From positions 120,590,001 through 120,654,000 of the forward strand of contig NC_087437.1 in NCBI RefSeq assembly GCF_036321535.1: a DNA stretch of 64,000 nucleotides, in the 5' to 3' direction. Below, piece by piece: positions 10,867 through 24,254 of the stretch (position 1 is its first letter; every line of letters begins with the position of its first letter). The DNA comes from Camelus dromedarius (Eukaryota). Both the position numbers and the translations under genes were made by a program. A model generated the notes under the pieces. That model worked only from the letters and a program-made list of their open reading frames with translations, made no database searches and was not told where the DNA came from.

Positions 10867-12994
10867 CTGGGGATTGTTTTGAAGACACTGTTTGAGAGTG
10901 ACTCACTGCGGGCACACAGCAGGCACTCAGTGTGTGCAGGTCCCTCCCCTCACCCTTCTCAGCGTTTATAAATGCCTCCCAGGCCTCTGCCGGGTGCTGC
11001 CCCTGCTGGGATTTCAGCTCTGCTGTTCTCTCTGGGGCCCCAGGAATGTGCCTCTGGGCGCTGATCCTCACTGGACGAGGGGCTTAGAGAGGCGCCGATG
11101 GCCGATGGCTGTGAGCATGACCAGCCCCTCTGGGCCCCACCGTCATGGGCCTGCACAGCAGGTGGGACGAAGGCAGGCCAGGCAGATGGGCCTAAATATT
11201 TTAGAGTCATAAAGGAGTCAACAAATCAGTAGCAACATTTGTTCCGTCCTCCATCCTGACACACAAAGACGCTGGTGGCCAGGGGTGGGGGTGGAGGTGG
11301 CTTGGCCAGCTCGAACCTTGGAAACTGGCCGCTTTGAGGGGGTTCTGGAAGGTGGTGGCGTGGGGAGCACTGGCCCTGCTCCTCTCCCTGCCCCTGCCCT
11401 GCCGGGCCCTGGCCCTCCTGCTCCACCCCACCCCTCAGCAAGCTGCCCCCGGGCCTGGGGCAGCCCGTCCTCAGATGTTGCCCCTGGTGACTGGAATGGA
11501 GTCAGGAAGGCTGGGGAGGACTCTGGTCATCTCCTCTGTCTGTGAGGGCCTCGCCCTCTGGGGAGGCCCCCGAAGCCGGCTCTGCCCACTGTCAGGACGT
11601 GGGGAGGAAAGCAGAGCGCTGCCACCCTGTGGGCCACACGGCAGGGTCTCGCTCCCCTGCGCCGCTCTCCTGGTCCTGTCTGATGCTGCTCTCAGAGGCC
11701 CCGGACCGGCCACCCAGCCTCGCTCACCTGCGATGTCCCTGACCCGGCTGAGGAGGTTACAGCCTTTCCCCAGAACCAGAGGCCTTCCTGGATCCTGGAG
11801 GAAGCCACTGGGTGACACCTGTCCAGTGCTGGGAAGCACAGCCTTGGATGACCGACCCCGTTTGATCTTTCTGCCACGTGAGGGGGTCTCCCCGGCCTCT
11901 GAGTCTGAGCTCATCTTCTGTCTGCACCTGAAATGCAGGCTTGCCTCCCCAGGCCACCTGGTGGCCCCTCTCCTTCCAGACCCCTTCCTGCCCCATGGCC
12001 GCCAGAAGAGGGTCTGCCTACACGGAGGAGATGCACTCTTTGTCCTGCCTCTCGGGGCCTCCCAAGACTCCGAGGACCCCGGACGTGGGCTGAGGAGCCC
12101 CACACGCCCACCCACTGATGGGCAAGCTTTGAAGGTGCTCTGTCCCCAGAGAGAGTGGTCCCTCCTAGCGCGTCCTGTCACGGCAGTGAAGGGCCACACC
12201 AGGGGCAGTTCCTAGCGGTGGCCGTCTCCAGGCAGCACTGCCTATTTATTGCCTTAAATAGAGACACTGGCGGTCGGCACAGGCCCGGGAAGCCATCGCC
12301 CCGCAGGAGCCACAGCAGGTGCGGAGTAAAATCATCCTCAGACAAACCGCGGGTAACAGTTTAGTGTAAGTATGTCCCGGGCAGGATCTGAGACACACTT
12401 GTACTGACAGACGATTGTGGTTTCTCCGTGATCCCCCCCCTGAATGAGTCCTGTGTTCTCATTTAAGCCGGGTGGCACTGCCGGGCGAGCTCTTGGGGAG
12501 GCAGGTGTCCAGCTCCAACCAGAACGTCCAGCATGGCTGGGCCTGGGTGTGTACAGAGCCTCGCAGGGGCCACAGGCACCTCCGGGCTGACGACCACGGA
12601 CCCGCCGACTCCAAGCCCACGCCACCCTGTGATGGAGCAGAAGACCCGAGCCCCAGACGCAGGTGAGCAGCTGAAGGACACGCAGGTCCCGGGCCGAGGC
12701 CCGTTCACCTGGCACCGCATCGCCTGCTGGGACTGTCCCCACCGCTCTGGGAGCGTGCTCCCCCCGCCCCCCAAGAAGCAACACTGCATCCACCGCGGAA
12801 AATAGAGAGACGCTGAGAGGAGGTTACAGCCCCCGTTTCCCCTTGCAGTGCTAACAGGTGTCCCGGTACACGAGTTTCACTCATTAACCAGTCATTCTAG
12901 AATAACGATCTTACCATAGAAGCTGTTTAAATTGCTGGAACATCAAGACATTTTTGTGAGGGTCTTTGGTGAATAAATTAGAGCAGAAAGTACC

Positions 12995-13438
12995 TGCCGT
13001 GGTTTCTTGTGGCTGTGGAACAAATGATCACAAACTTAGTGGCTTAAAACAACGCAGATTTATTATCTCACTGTTCTGGAGACAGAAGTCCTAGAGTCAA
13101 GGTCAGGGCAAGGCTGTCTTCCTCCTAGGGGCTCCGGGGGAAAAAAAACACCTTCTCGTCTTTCCCTGGGCTCACGGCCCCTCCGGCACCTCCACGGCCA
13201 GCTTCCCTCTGACCTGCTTCCACCGTCTTGTCTCCTTCTCTTACTCTGACCCTCTGCCTCCCTCACAGATGGTGTGATGGCATTGTGTCCCCTCTGATGA
13301 CACTGAGTCCCCCATCGCCAGCCCGCATCCCCGCATCTCCCCATCTTTAACTTAATCCCATCTGCAAAGTCCCTTTTACCCTGTAAGGTAACATTCTCAG
13401 GGTGTGAACCTCTTTGGGGGTCATCATTCTGTTTACCA
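12995..13438 (-). mobile_element. MLT1 (ERVL-MaLR) solo LTR
   Basis: AACAAATGATCACAAACTTAGTGGCTTAAAACAAC...CTGCAAAGTCCCTTTT...CATTCTG motifs. Confidence 0.85.
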
Positions 13439-13959
13439 TGGAAACCAACCAAGAGCAAAGTGGTACCCTCTTGTCTCATTCATCCAGGAGGACGGTGATA
13501 CCAAGAGACTCTCTCTGGTGGAATTCTTTGGGGACCAAAGAGCTAGTTTTTAATCTGTTTTTCGTAAACCACATTTCTGAGCTACGCATGTTTTCTTATC
13601 TTAGTACATTTCTTCTGCCAAATGAAAAAACACTTGAAAAATTAATTTGTTCTCAAATCCTGGCCCTCAGTGAAGCATCCTTGAATTGCTCCAAATGTAG
13701 GACAGACCCGACTCATGGCCCAGAAACTGTTATCTTTGTGGGTGCTGCTGGCTCCTTCAGGAGGTGTTCTGACTAGGGGTCCCTGATAGAAATTATTTCT
13801 ATTTGCTGCACAAGAGAAACACAGAAGAAACCTATGAAAATCGGTGGTGTGTCTGTTTTCTTCCTGAATCACCTGAAGTGGAAAAAAAAATCACTCAGTT
13901 TTATTTTTCCATTACATAAACCAAGAGTAGATGTTAATTCCTCTTGGAAAATATGGGCC

Positions 13960-14900
13960 ACTCAGCATATGATACAACAGGCACTTTTATATCCTACTGG
14001 GAGGACTCTAAATCGGTTTCATTTTTTTCAGAAGAGCATTTTGGCAGTGCAAATTCAGAGCCTCAAAAAAATTCCTATTCTAGGAAACGATCCTAAGGAA
14101 ATTACTCTAAATACCAAAAAAGCATCATACATAACTCTGGTCTTTGTGGCACTTCTAAGAAAGTGAAAAGCTCACCAAAAAGAGGGAAGGATTGAGAAAA
14201 CCATGGTAAATATATCGGATGGAATATTATGCGGCAACTGAAACTGACATGTCCAGAGAATTAAGATACCTGGGGAAATGTGTCTTAGTGTGGGTTCCCA
14301 CCCAAGCTGGCCCAAGGCACGGGTGGTCCTCTTGGGTGGGAGATAGGAGAGGACTGGGAGGAGAGAAGAGGGCTCACAGGAGCGGGGAGCTTGGTCCCAT
14401 TGGGGACCCTGGAGAGACGGAGAGACGCCTCAGAATGCTTCCGTGGAAGAGACAGGCTGCTGGGGCATCCATCCAGCATCTCATCTCTGTGTTGGAGGAT
14501 TACTCCGGTGGCACCAACTCCCCAGTGCTCTGATTGCTCCATGTGCCACCCAAGCAGCCTCTGGAGCTGGAGACACCCTCGGGCAGAGATGCAAGAAACA
14601 AGTGTTGGAATCATTTTTGGAGAAGACCCAGGGCATGTAGGCCAGGCACCAACAGGGTTTGCTACAGTGAGCTAAAGTCATAAATGCAAGGTACACAATT
14701 TTACATACACAACTAACAAGCTGTGTACAACAAACAAAAACTACACATAGAAAAGACTGGGAGCAAACGCACGGGCTGTTAACAGCGGGGGTCTCTAAGC
14801 AGTGCCACAGAGTGGGGGGTTCTTTTCTGTCGTTATATCTACTTTTTTGTATTTTCCAAGTTTTACAATGAAATGTTATGAGTTTAATAATGAATAAGCT
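13960..14900 (+). mobile_element. L1ME 3' fragments interrupted by LTR16
   Basis: Degenerate ORF2 end (GGAATATTATGCGGCAA) and 3'UTR motifs (TATTTTCCAAGTTTTACAATG). Confidence 0.55.
14281..14666 (-). mobile_element. LTR16 (ERVL) solo LTR
   Basis: TGTCTTAGTGTGGGTTCCC...GCCTCAGA...GGCACCAACAGGGTTTGCTACA termini match LTR16. Confidence 0.7.
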
Positions 14901-15903
14901 GCGCACACACTAAACGACATGCTGAAAGAAATTAAAGGAGACTAAATCATTGGAGAGGTGTACCATGTTCAGTGATCTGGAAGACCCAGTATTGATAAGA
15001 GGTCAGTTCTTCTCAAATCGATATATCGATTTAATGCAAAAAACCCCAGTCTCAGCAAGCTCTGGTTGGAGCAGTTGATGAGCTGGTTTAAAATGTATAC
15101 GGAAATACAAAAGACCTAGAAAATCCAAAGTGCTCTTGAAAAAGAACAGTTGCAAGACTCACGTTACTGGATTTCAAGTTTCACCATAAAACTCCAGTAA
15201 TCAGACAGCATAGTACTGGCGAATAACAGACAATACATCACTGGTGCAAAATAGAGAACCCAGAAACAGATCCCCGTTTATACTACCATCTGATTTTCAA
15301 CAAAAGCACTAAAGCAACCGAGTGCAGGTAAGAAAGTTCTTAACAAGCAGTTCTGAAACTGCTGGATATCCACATGGAAAATAATGAAGCTTGGTCCTTA
15401 CCTCACACCTTACTCAAAGTTAAATTGTGATGGATCCTAGACAAAATGTAAGCTAAAACCATGAACCTTCTAGGAGTAAATATAGGAGCATAACTTTTTG
15501 ACTTGGTGGTAGGCAAAGATTTCTTAGAAAGTACGCAGAAAGCAATAATCATAACAGAAAATTCAACTTCATCAAAATTAAGGAGTTCTGCTCATCAAAA
15601 GCTTCATTATGAAATAAATAGGCAAGCCACAGACTGGGAGAAAATATTTGTAAAATGCATGTCTGTCAAGGACTGAGGTCCAGCATATGTAAAGAACTCC
15701 TACAACTCAACAATAAAAGGACAAATAGCTAAAGAAGTGGCAAATGATTTGAATAGATACTTCAAAATAGAAGACATAAATGGCCAAAATGTACATGAAA
15801 AAGTGTGCAGCATCATTAGATATCAAGGAAATAAAGGTAAAATCTACAGTGATCTACCACTACAGCACTCATCAGAATGGCTAAAATTAAAGAGATGAGG
15901 GGA

Positions 15904-16030
15904 GGGGAGGGCATAGCTCAGTGGTACAGCGTGTGCTTAGCACGCATGAGGTCCTGGGTTCAATCCCCAGTGCCTCCACTAAAAATAAACAAAGAAATAA
16001 AAACCTAATTACCTCCCCTCCCCCCCAAAA
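15904..16030 (+). mobile_element. Vic-1-type camelid SINE
   Basis: GGGGAGGGCATAGCTCAGTGGT...GGGTTCAATCCCCAGTGCCTCCA followed by an A-rich tail. Confidence 0.9.
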
Positions 16031-16245
16031 TTTAAAAACTAAAAACTAAAAAGACATGTTTAGCAACGGTGCGGAGCTGCCGCGGACGGGTGTGTGAAAT
16101 GTCACAGCTCTGGTAAAGAGCTGCGAGTTTCTCACGAAACTAGACACCAGCTGCCCCATAACCCAGCAGTTGCTCTTTTAGGTTTCTAAGTAAGAAAAAC
16201 ATGGAACGACATGTCACAAAAAGACTCTTGCAAGCATCTTCACAG

Positions 16246-16553
16246 TCCCTCATCTTGGCTTGGGCTGCTCAGACAAAGCATACCAAGAGCACGCGTTTGT
16301 TTCTCCAGGTCTGCAGGCCTGAGTCTGAGGCCAGGCCAGGTCCTGGGGAGGCCCCCCTCCGGTGCAGACTGCCGCCTTCCTGTCAGAGCCTCCCGTGTGA
16401 GGAGAGGCCTCTCCCTACAAGGGTACCGATCCCATTTGTGACGGCTCTGCCCTCACGACCTGATCACCCCAAAGCCCCGCCTTCTGGTACCAACGTGCTG
16501 GAGATTAGATTTCAACACATAGACTTTGAGGGGGACACAGTTGGTCCACAGCA
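16246..16553 (-). mobile_element. MLT1A/B-like MaLR LTR
   Basis: GGGCTGCT...GCCCTCACGACCTGATCACCCCAAAG...ATTAGATTTCAACACATAGACTTTGAGGGGGACACA. Confidence 0.8.
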
Positions 16554-17626
16554 CAGCTCTATTCAAAACAGCCCCAAATTAGAAAAAAAAAAGCCCAGAT
16601 ACCCATCAACAGGAAAACAGATCAACTGTGCTACCTCCATAGTATGGAATTGGAGCCAGCAGTAAAAAGGAGAGAATTACTTACGCACGCAGCAACGCTG
16701 ATGAGTCTGAAACCTGTCGTGCTGAAGGAAGCCTTACCCAGAGCGCACCCACTGTGTCCTTCCATTTGCATGAAGTTCTAAAAAGGCAAACGGGCAAAAT
16801 TAATCCGTGGGAGAGCAGGATCAGAACAATGGTGGGGGGTGGGGGCGTGAAGGACGCTTCTGGAACAGTGGCCACAGTATGTACTCGCAAGGGCCTGGGT
16901 TACACAGGGGTACGGATTTGCCAGACGCCAGCAAATCCCGTGCGTTTCACCGTGTGTAAGTTTTCATTTCAGGAGAACCGTAAGTAAACATCGAGCTTAA
17001 ACTCTAGTTAACAAAATGCATGTTGAAGTATTTTGTGGGGAGAAACATACTGATATTTGGAATTTACTTTGAAATGCATAAAAATAAGACAGATTGATGG
17101 AGGGGAGGTGGGGTAGCTGGAGGACTGGCTCTGTGATTGTGGAATCAAGACCTTGAGTCCCCTCTCTGGTTCTTTCAACTTTTCTGTTGGAGTTTGAAAT
17201 TTTTATACAAAAATGATAAAGTAAAAAAATGAGACAGACACAGACTACATTACAAGAACCATTTTTAGAAATTCTATTCCTTGACTGGGAATTAATCCCA
17301 TGGGAGTGATTTAACTGAGGTAAAACTCTTTGGTGCAAGAAAATTCTTTACAGTGTATCGACAATGGAAAAATCTAAAGTAACCCGATGTCATTAAAAAA
17401 TAGTTTTTTAATTTAAATTTATTTGTTTTAATTTTGTTGAGGGGACAATGGGGGTGTTTGGCAGGTAGCACCAAAGACTCACAGAAAAGAAGAAACATTT
17501 GGAAAAGGTCCTAAGGATTACAGCCAATGCCAGGGTCCAAGGGACACAGAGAGGAGGGCACCCAGCAGAGGCACAGCGAGCCACAGCTCGACCTCCTGCC
17601 GCTGAGATACGCAGCTGTGGACGCTG

Positions 17627-18164
17627 CGTCACCACGCCTTTTTATTTCCCGTGTTCTGATGCCTGGACACACTGGGGCCTTGCTGACCTCGGAGGGGCTG
17701 TCCCTCCCCGGTTAGCTGATCCCTAGAGATGGCAAACAACTCGCCTTCGAGTGCTCCTTTCATATGTAGACCAACCAATCCAGAACCCACACCCCAAACC
17801 CCTCCTCCACGGGGCTCTCAAACTCTGGGCCACCGTCCACCTGCCCTAATCACACAGGACGGCACGTACCTGGGGACAGTGCCTGCGCCCAGAGCCTGCT
17901 GGGCTGATTCAGACCAGCCAACCCCAAGTCTACTGACCCAGTCTCGCCTGTTCCTTTTTGTGGAAACCACCATAAAACTCCTGCCTCCGTTTTCCTCTCA
18001 TGGTCCCTGCCTCCTGACCAACCCTGGTGCTTCCCTGCGTGGCCCTGCATGGAATGCATGTCTCCTGATTCTAGGAATCGGTGAGTAAAACTTCTTCCCT
18101 TGTGACATTGTTTCCATTTCTCATTAAATACACCTCGTTAAACAAATCCTGGGCACCCTTACAG
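17627..18164 (+). mobile_element. ERV1 solo LTR (MER34/MER39-like)
   Basis: GGGGCCTTGCTGACC...GATCCCTAGAGATGGCAAACAAC...ACCAACCAATCCAGA...GACCAACCCTGGTGCTTCCC motifs. Confidence 0.75.
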
Positions 18165-18879
18165 CAGAGACAGTGAGTCACCACATGCCCGACATTTGCT
18201 GTGCTGAGCACCGAAGCTGGAAGGACACGGTCCCTCCGCCGTGGGGTTCACACACCCCTGGGGGCACAGCTGACAAGTGGGAGGATGGTGAACACGGGGA
18301 TTTCAGGACCGAGGTGGCCAGAGAGCTCCCTGAAACCAGGGGTGCTTCCCCTGCAGAACTCTGTCCTCACTGAAGGGTGCAGAAGACCCATCTCAGGTCT
18401 TTCAAGGGGACCCAGGGGAGGTCTGAACAGACCTGCTCTTTGCCTGTCACTTCCCAGCTGTGCGCACCAGCGTTAGAGGAGAATCTGATCTGGTTAAAAA
18501 TAAAATGCCACCTCCTTGTCTTGTTTAGGTTTTAGAAAGTGCACCTCTGAGCTCCAGGCTTCGCTCCAGAGTGTGAGTTCCCAGCATTTGAAATGGGCTT
18601 TAATTTCCTCCCAGGTACCTTTTAATCTACCTTCCGGCTGGTTTTTACCAACACAACTGTGAGGTGGACAGAAGATTAGTCACTGGGGCTATAATTAATA
18701 ACTGTCATTTCCAATTTTATAGGTATGTAATTACCATCCTTTCACTGTTGACTCAAAACCATCCATGCACGTCACTGTAATTGTGGATGGGAGCTAAATT
18801 CATCATGTGTCAGGAGCTGCCCCACAGGAACTGGGTAACCGGCATGAAAGCATATTTTTAAATTAAAAAATAAAATTTC

Positions 18880-19250
18880 AATTAAATAAACTTGGAGAAA
18901 TTTGGAAAACTAAAAAAAAAAAAAAGAAAAGAAAAGAAAGTAGATCAATCTGACCACGTAAAGGTAATAATTGTGAATATTTTGGCTGGTACTCCTCCAA
19001 TCTTTACCCCCAATATATAGAATTTTTTGTATCGTTGTAAAGCAGTAATACTTGATAGGCACTTAGTTGCTGTCAATTTAAACTTTGTGACAAACATCTT
19101 TGTGTACAAAGTTTTTTTTGGGATGCGGATAATTACTTTCAGGTAGGGTCCCAGATGGATTTGGGTCAAATAAAGCACTTTATTGCTCTTGGCACATAGC
19201 AAACTGCTTTTCCAAAAGAATGGTAGAGTTTAGTGCCACATATGGGAGCG
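18880..19250 (-). mobile_element. Very old L1ME fragments
   Basis: AT-rich; AAACATCTTTGTGTACA...CAAACTGCTTTTCCAAAAG motifs. Confidence 0.5.
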
Positions 19251-19287
19251 TTTGAAACTATTTTGAACCAAGAGAAAGGGGTGGAGT

Positions 19288-19925
19288 TGCTGCTAACAAA
19301 CTCAGGTTCAACTGCTCGTTGCTCAAGAATCCAACATTGAGAGAAAAGTGCTGAGTAAAAGGAAAGACAGCTTTATTGAGGAAGCCAGCAGTCCTGGGGA
19401 GAAGGCGGACTTGTGTCCCAAAGAGCCAACTCCCCCCCTCCAGGCTTTGCAGGTAGATTACACAGGGAAAAGAGGAAGGGGTTACGCGCTGAGGAGAGGG
19501 TTGTGGGGTGCATGATCAGCTGTGGACATTCTTCTGATTGGCTGGTGGTGAGGTAACCAAGAGCCAACGTCATCAACCTTCTGGTTCCAACCAGTCTGGG
19601 GTCTATGTGCTTGTGAGCTGCACACAGTTACCTTCTTCCACCTGGTGGGGGTTTCAGTGTCTGCAAAGTAGCTGGAAGGACATGGCTCAGAATATGATCT
19701 CCAGCCCTGGAGGAGGAATGGCATGTCCTTGACTTTGTTTAATGGCTAAACTATTATTATTTCATCTTGCTGACTGTTTTCCTTTGTTTCTGCATTTTCT
19801 CACTTCTCTGACTAAGTTTATTCTTTGGCTAAAGTTCTTCTACAGACAAAAGGCAGGCAGAGGACATGGGGTGGGGCGGGGGGGGGGTCTGTCCTGGGAA
19901 GGCCCAGGGGTCCTGCTTGATTACA
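19288..19925 (-). mobile_element. Cetartiodactyl ERV1-type solo LTR
   Basis: Termini TGTAATC...AGCAGCA on the minus strand, AATAAA (rc at ~19372), and a near-perfect 4-bp TSD GAGT/GAGC. Confidence 0.85.
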
Positions 19926-21488
19926 GAGCCCTACAGAGATGGCTGATGGGGGGTGACACTCCCTGATTCAGAAGAAATGGGCTGCTTTGTCTCAAGATGA
20001 AGAGACACAATGGAGAATATTAGAGGGAAAAGCAAAGCACAAGTGGAAGAACAAGCACCAAGGCCGGGTGTGGGGAAGACTCTGAAGCCCGCCCTGCACC
20101 CTGATCTGGCTCACACCAGAGAGAGGTGCAGCCAGGCTCTGAGTCTGTCTGAAGGTTGGCAGCAGGCACAGGAGATCCAGGGAGCTCTAGGAACAGACAA
20201 CCCCAAGTGTCTACCTCCCCTCTCTTCCGTGCCTCCTGAAACCTCCAGAAGAAGCAGTCAGGGGCATCCCCGTGGGGGCCCCGCAGTCCCAGGTGCCAGT
20301 CAGAGTCTGGCTGCAAGTGCTGGAAACCCAACTCCAAATGGCCAAGGGTACCTGGCGGGTCCCGCGGGGCGGACCCAGGGCTGGAGGGCGCTCTCTGCCT
20401 GTCTTGGCCTCTGGGTCTCCCTCAGCTTCCTCCCCCTCGCTCTCTCCACTTCTCTGCTCTGCTTTCCTCCGTGTGGGCCATGTCAACTGCGGCAGCCCTA
20501 GGAGCACCCAGCTTCCATTCCTTACAGCTGGGAACCCTGCAAAAGCAGAGATCAGAACTTTGGAGACATCCAGGTTCTAGAATCCCATCTCATGGGCCTG
20601 GCTCAAGTCCCCGCCCCTCAGCTGTGGCCCCTGGCCTGAGCCCCACCATCTCTGCGCAGGCGGGAGTGGAGTCAACACACCATGGCATCACACAGCCCGG
20701 GGATGGGGTGGGTGGTTTCCCCAAATCAGGGTCCATGCCCTCAACAAGAACAGCGGTTTTGCTGAAAACTTGGCCCACACGTGGGGCCATTAAAATGGGA
20801 AGGAGAGACAGGCTTGTCAGAGTTGGTTCATCTCTGGCCCCGTCGGCACTTCTCTATCTTCCCCTCCTGGGGGTGGGGCCTATGTCTGGGGTCTGGACCC
20901 CTCTCTCAGGCCCTGCCTGGTTCTCAGACTCTGGACCTCATCTCACGACAGCTTGGAACTACAACTCTGGGCTCCGTCCCCTGCACTCCAGCGGTCAGCA
21001 TCTCCCAGGGTCCTGGCCTCAGAGAGTCCTGATTTGGATGCCTGGCATCCTGTCTGCAAGTCAGTCTGCTGGCCCTGGCCCCTGAGCCTGGTGCTGGGGC
21101 TCTGTGGCCTGCTGCTCCCTGGCTGTTTGACCTGGAGTCTCCTTGCTAATGTGGTGCCTGAATGGCGACTTCCCCCAGGCATGTCCCCAAAGCCCATTTG
21201 GTCACAATGGTGGGTGGTCCAAGGCCCAAGACTCTCCCCATCAGTACCAGCCTCGCCTCCAGACTCCCTTCCCTGGAGCAACTACTGGGACTGTCTTTTC
21301 ATCCCCGGCCCCTGAACCCAGCCATGGTGAGCACAGAGCTGGCTCAGTAAACATGCAGAGCAAATAAATGTCAAAGAAGCCAGGGGAGGGACGGTGAATG
21401 TGGGGTGAGTTATCTGGAGAGAGAGGCAGGTCTGAGTGATGTCCAGCCTTGGGAATGAACGGAAGGCCTGGGCAGAGCTGGGCAGGCA

Positions 21489-21554
21489 GCCTCTCCGCAC
21501 GCGGGAAGCCTCTCCGCACGCGGGAAGCCTCTCCGCACGCGGGAAGCGTCTCCG
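21489..21554 (+). repeat. 19-bp CpG-rich minisatellite GCCTCTCCGCACGCGGGAA, ~3.5 copies
   Basis: Three perfect copies plus a partial copy, read directly. Confidence 0.95.
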
Positions 21555-22329
21555 GCGCTGGCCGTGGTGCTGAAAGCGGGGCTCCCTGCGCAGGCCACCG
21601 CTGTGGAGAGGGAACCACAGCAGGACTGCGCTGGGGTCAGGGCGAGGGAAAGAGCTGTCACATCTGAGGTCCCAGCCCTGGGACACATGCAGAATCGGGG
21701 CCTTGTCTTCTTGCCTCCCACGGACATCCTGGTGGGTTTACGTGTTTACTTACATCACAGGTGCCGGCGCCAAATCTCACTCTAGGAAAACTCACAAGCT
21801 AAGAAACAATTAAATTTAACAGCAGCCCTCTGGAGCAGGTACTGACTGTCACAGCTGCTTTTTTCAGAAAAGGACAAAAATTAGATCTTGGATTTAAATA
21901 GCACCTTCCCAGCTTCCCTTGAAGGAGCGTCACCCGGAAATAACTAAGCCAGTTAAACTTCTCTGAGAGGCACAGTAATCAGGGGCACAGCTCAAGTGCC
22001 CCGAGTTTCTGACGTCTGATTTTCCAAGCCTGCGCCATCGTAAAGGACAGAATACAAGGGACAGTCGGCTTAAGGGGACCACAAGATCTCTTCTGTGGAG
22101 CAGAACCACCACGTCGTGCGCGGACTGCAGGAGGGGCTGCCACAGGGGCTAAGCTCCCCGGGAGGCCTCCCTCGCTTGAGAGCTGTACCTCTGGGAGGCC
22201 ACCGGGAGGGGCCGGGCTGCGGCTCCGGCCTTTGGTCAGGACGGCAGTCGAGGGAGAGGCAGGATGTCACAGTGGGTCTGAGAAGCATGGGTTTCAACTG
22301 CGTGGCTGCGATCATTAAACTGTGCCCCA

Positions 22330-22900
22330 ACTTTTTAAAATAGATTTATTGGGAGATAGTGCAAACATACCAATGTGATATGCACAATTCAATGGCTTTT
22401 AGTATATTCACAGTTACAGGTAAACATCACCACAGTCAATTTCACAACATTTTCATCACCTTGAAAAGAAACCCCTCCCCATGGACAACCAGGAAGCACT
22501 TTCTACATCAAACTCATGTTTGCAATGGCTTTAAGCATAAATGTGTCAGATTCCTGTATTTTTAAATACTACTAAAAAAAGTACCCTCCTATATGGAGAA
22601 TGGTAGAGAACCCAATGACCGCATTAAAAATGGGGAAATAAAGGGGAAATTTTCAAGAAAATGAAAAAGAGGTCCCAAACCCATTAGCTACCAACCCTCT
22701 CACCCTCCCAGCCCACCCTCACCCTAGGAAGCCACCAATTCACTTTCCGTGTCTAAAGAACCACCTCTCCTGGGCTTTTGGCATAAACGGAATTGTGTCG
22801 TGCGTGGTCTCTGCCGGGCTTCCTTCGGTCAGTGTGATGAGGACTGACCTAGGGGCCCTCGTCCCGGGACCCATGCCTTCAGATGTTAACCCACCGCAGC
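22330..22900 (-). mobile_element. Old L1 (L1MB/ME) 3' fragments
   Basis: AATTCAATGGCTTTTAGTATATTCACAG...ATTTTCATCACCTTGAAAAGAAACCC motif. Confidence 0.6.
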
Positions 22901-23526
22901 GCCCTGCTCGGGGTCTCCAGCAGCTCCTGCCTTCCTCGGGTGAGGCTGAAGGCTCTCCTTGGCCGGCGAGGCCCTGCCCGCCGGGGTCCAGCTCCCATCC
23001 CACACCCCTGGCCCTGACCAGGCGCCTGGCTGCCCCCGGGTCACACCAGGGACACGCCCACCGTCCGCGCGTGCGCACTCCGCGGGGAAGCGCTTGCCGC
23101 TGCCCGGCGTTCTGCGCATCTAACTGTCGCATCTGTTATCTAGGTGACGCTCTTCCCTGCTAGAACGTCAGCTCCGCCAGCGAGGGGGCCTGTCCTCTTG
23201 GTCCCCTGCCACAGCCCCAGCTCTGGCACGCTGTGGATACAACCAGCGTTTGTTGGACAGATCAACTAGCCCCCAGGTCCTCAGACTTGGCCCCATTTGG
23301 ACGTGGGCAAGTTAGTGCCTTCTCCTCCCCACATCCCCACCCCGCTAGTCTCCCGCATCCTCCTCATCCCTGCAGCCCCGTAGGATCAGCGCAGGAAAAG
23401 CTGGGACAGAGGCTTCCCGCCAGTGCTGTCTCTGTGACACGCTGCATTCGTCTGACTTCAGGACGGAGGCCGCTCTGCCTCTCCCATGTGTTCGGCCCCC
23501 CTCAGTGAATAAAGATGCTGCATCCA

Positions 23527-23912
23527 TGCACCAGTCAGTTATAGCTGCATAACAAACACTGTGGGTCTGTGGTGCTGTGGCTTATGCCGACTCACACTCA
23601 TTTATTGCTCACAAGCCTGTGCTGGCTGTGGGCTGGCAGACGTGGGCTCCGGGAGGGGCTCAGCTCCGTCCCACGTCTTCATTCTTGACCCACCAGGAGT
23701 CTCTTCTCACTACGGGGGGAAGGAAGCTCTAAAGGGGCTACCGGAAACTTGCCGGCCTCGTACAGCCCAGCCCAGAGCCGGCTCAGTGCTTTCCCTCCGA
23801 GAACCATCAGCAGGTCTCGTGGCCACACCCCATCCTCAGGACAGGGGAGGTTATTCCATCACAGGAAGGCCAGGAGGGGAGGGTTTGTGGACAAATGGTC
23901 CGACCCACCACA
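23527..23912 (-). mobile_element. MLT1J/K-like MaLR LTR
   Basis: CCAGTCAGTTATAGCTGCATAACAAAC...CATTTATTGCTCAC...CCACCACA. Confidence 0.6.
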
Positions 23913-24254
23913 CAGGGTGAGATGGTCAGCGCAGTGCTGTTGGGAGGATGGGGGAGGCAGGAGGGAGGTATTTTGTCCCCAGGTAACATCTAGGACCTGG
24001 ACCCAGACTCCTGACTTCGGGCTGGGCTAGGCCTCGGGAACCCCCAGGTTATAGCCCCTTGGATGCTTGGAGAGGTGAAATGATGGTGGAGAGGGAGCCA
24101 GGGACCCAGGAATCAGGAGGGGACTTGGGGACGAGACTGGGCTCTGCAGGCGGTTTCTTTTCCTTCACATGAATCTTTAATCAAGTGGCTGATCCGAAGA
24201 TGCTTTATCGGGCTGGTCAGACTGCAGCCCAGGGTGATGACAGGTAATACCAGG

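Larger units (their letters stand above)
14905..17400 (+). mobile_element. L1 (L1MD/ME-type) ORF2 3' half and 3'UTR, interrupted by a SINE and an MLT1
   Basis: Continuous A-rich ORF2 homology (GAAAGAAATTAAAGGAGAC...TGGGAGAAAATATTTG...TATGGAAT); many stops and frameshifts. Confidence 0.85.

Noticed and set aside
11334-12215. 293-aa and 242-aa ORFs on opposite strands (likewise 31472-32242 and 51286-52089)
   Set aside because: No protein family recognised; they overlap on opposite strands or run through repeat relics.
12242-12261. Inverted repeat CTATTTA...TAAATAG (MEF2-like)
   Set aside because: Only a 7-bp stem, and neither arm fully matches YTAWWWWTAR.
15904-15980. tRNA gene (same for all five SINE heads)
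   Set aside because: A/B boxes are followed by the SINE-specific tail and poly(A), and the cloverleaf is degenerate; these are SINEs.
21489-21554. CRISPR-like direct repeats
   Set aside because: Head-to-tail units with no spacers, in a mammalian genome; an ordinary minisatellite.
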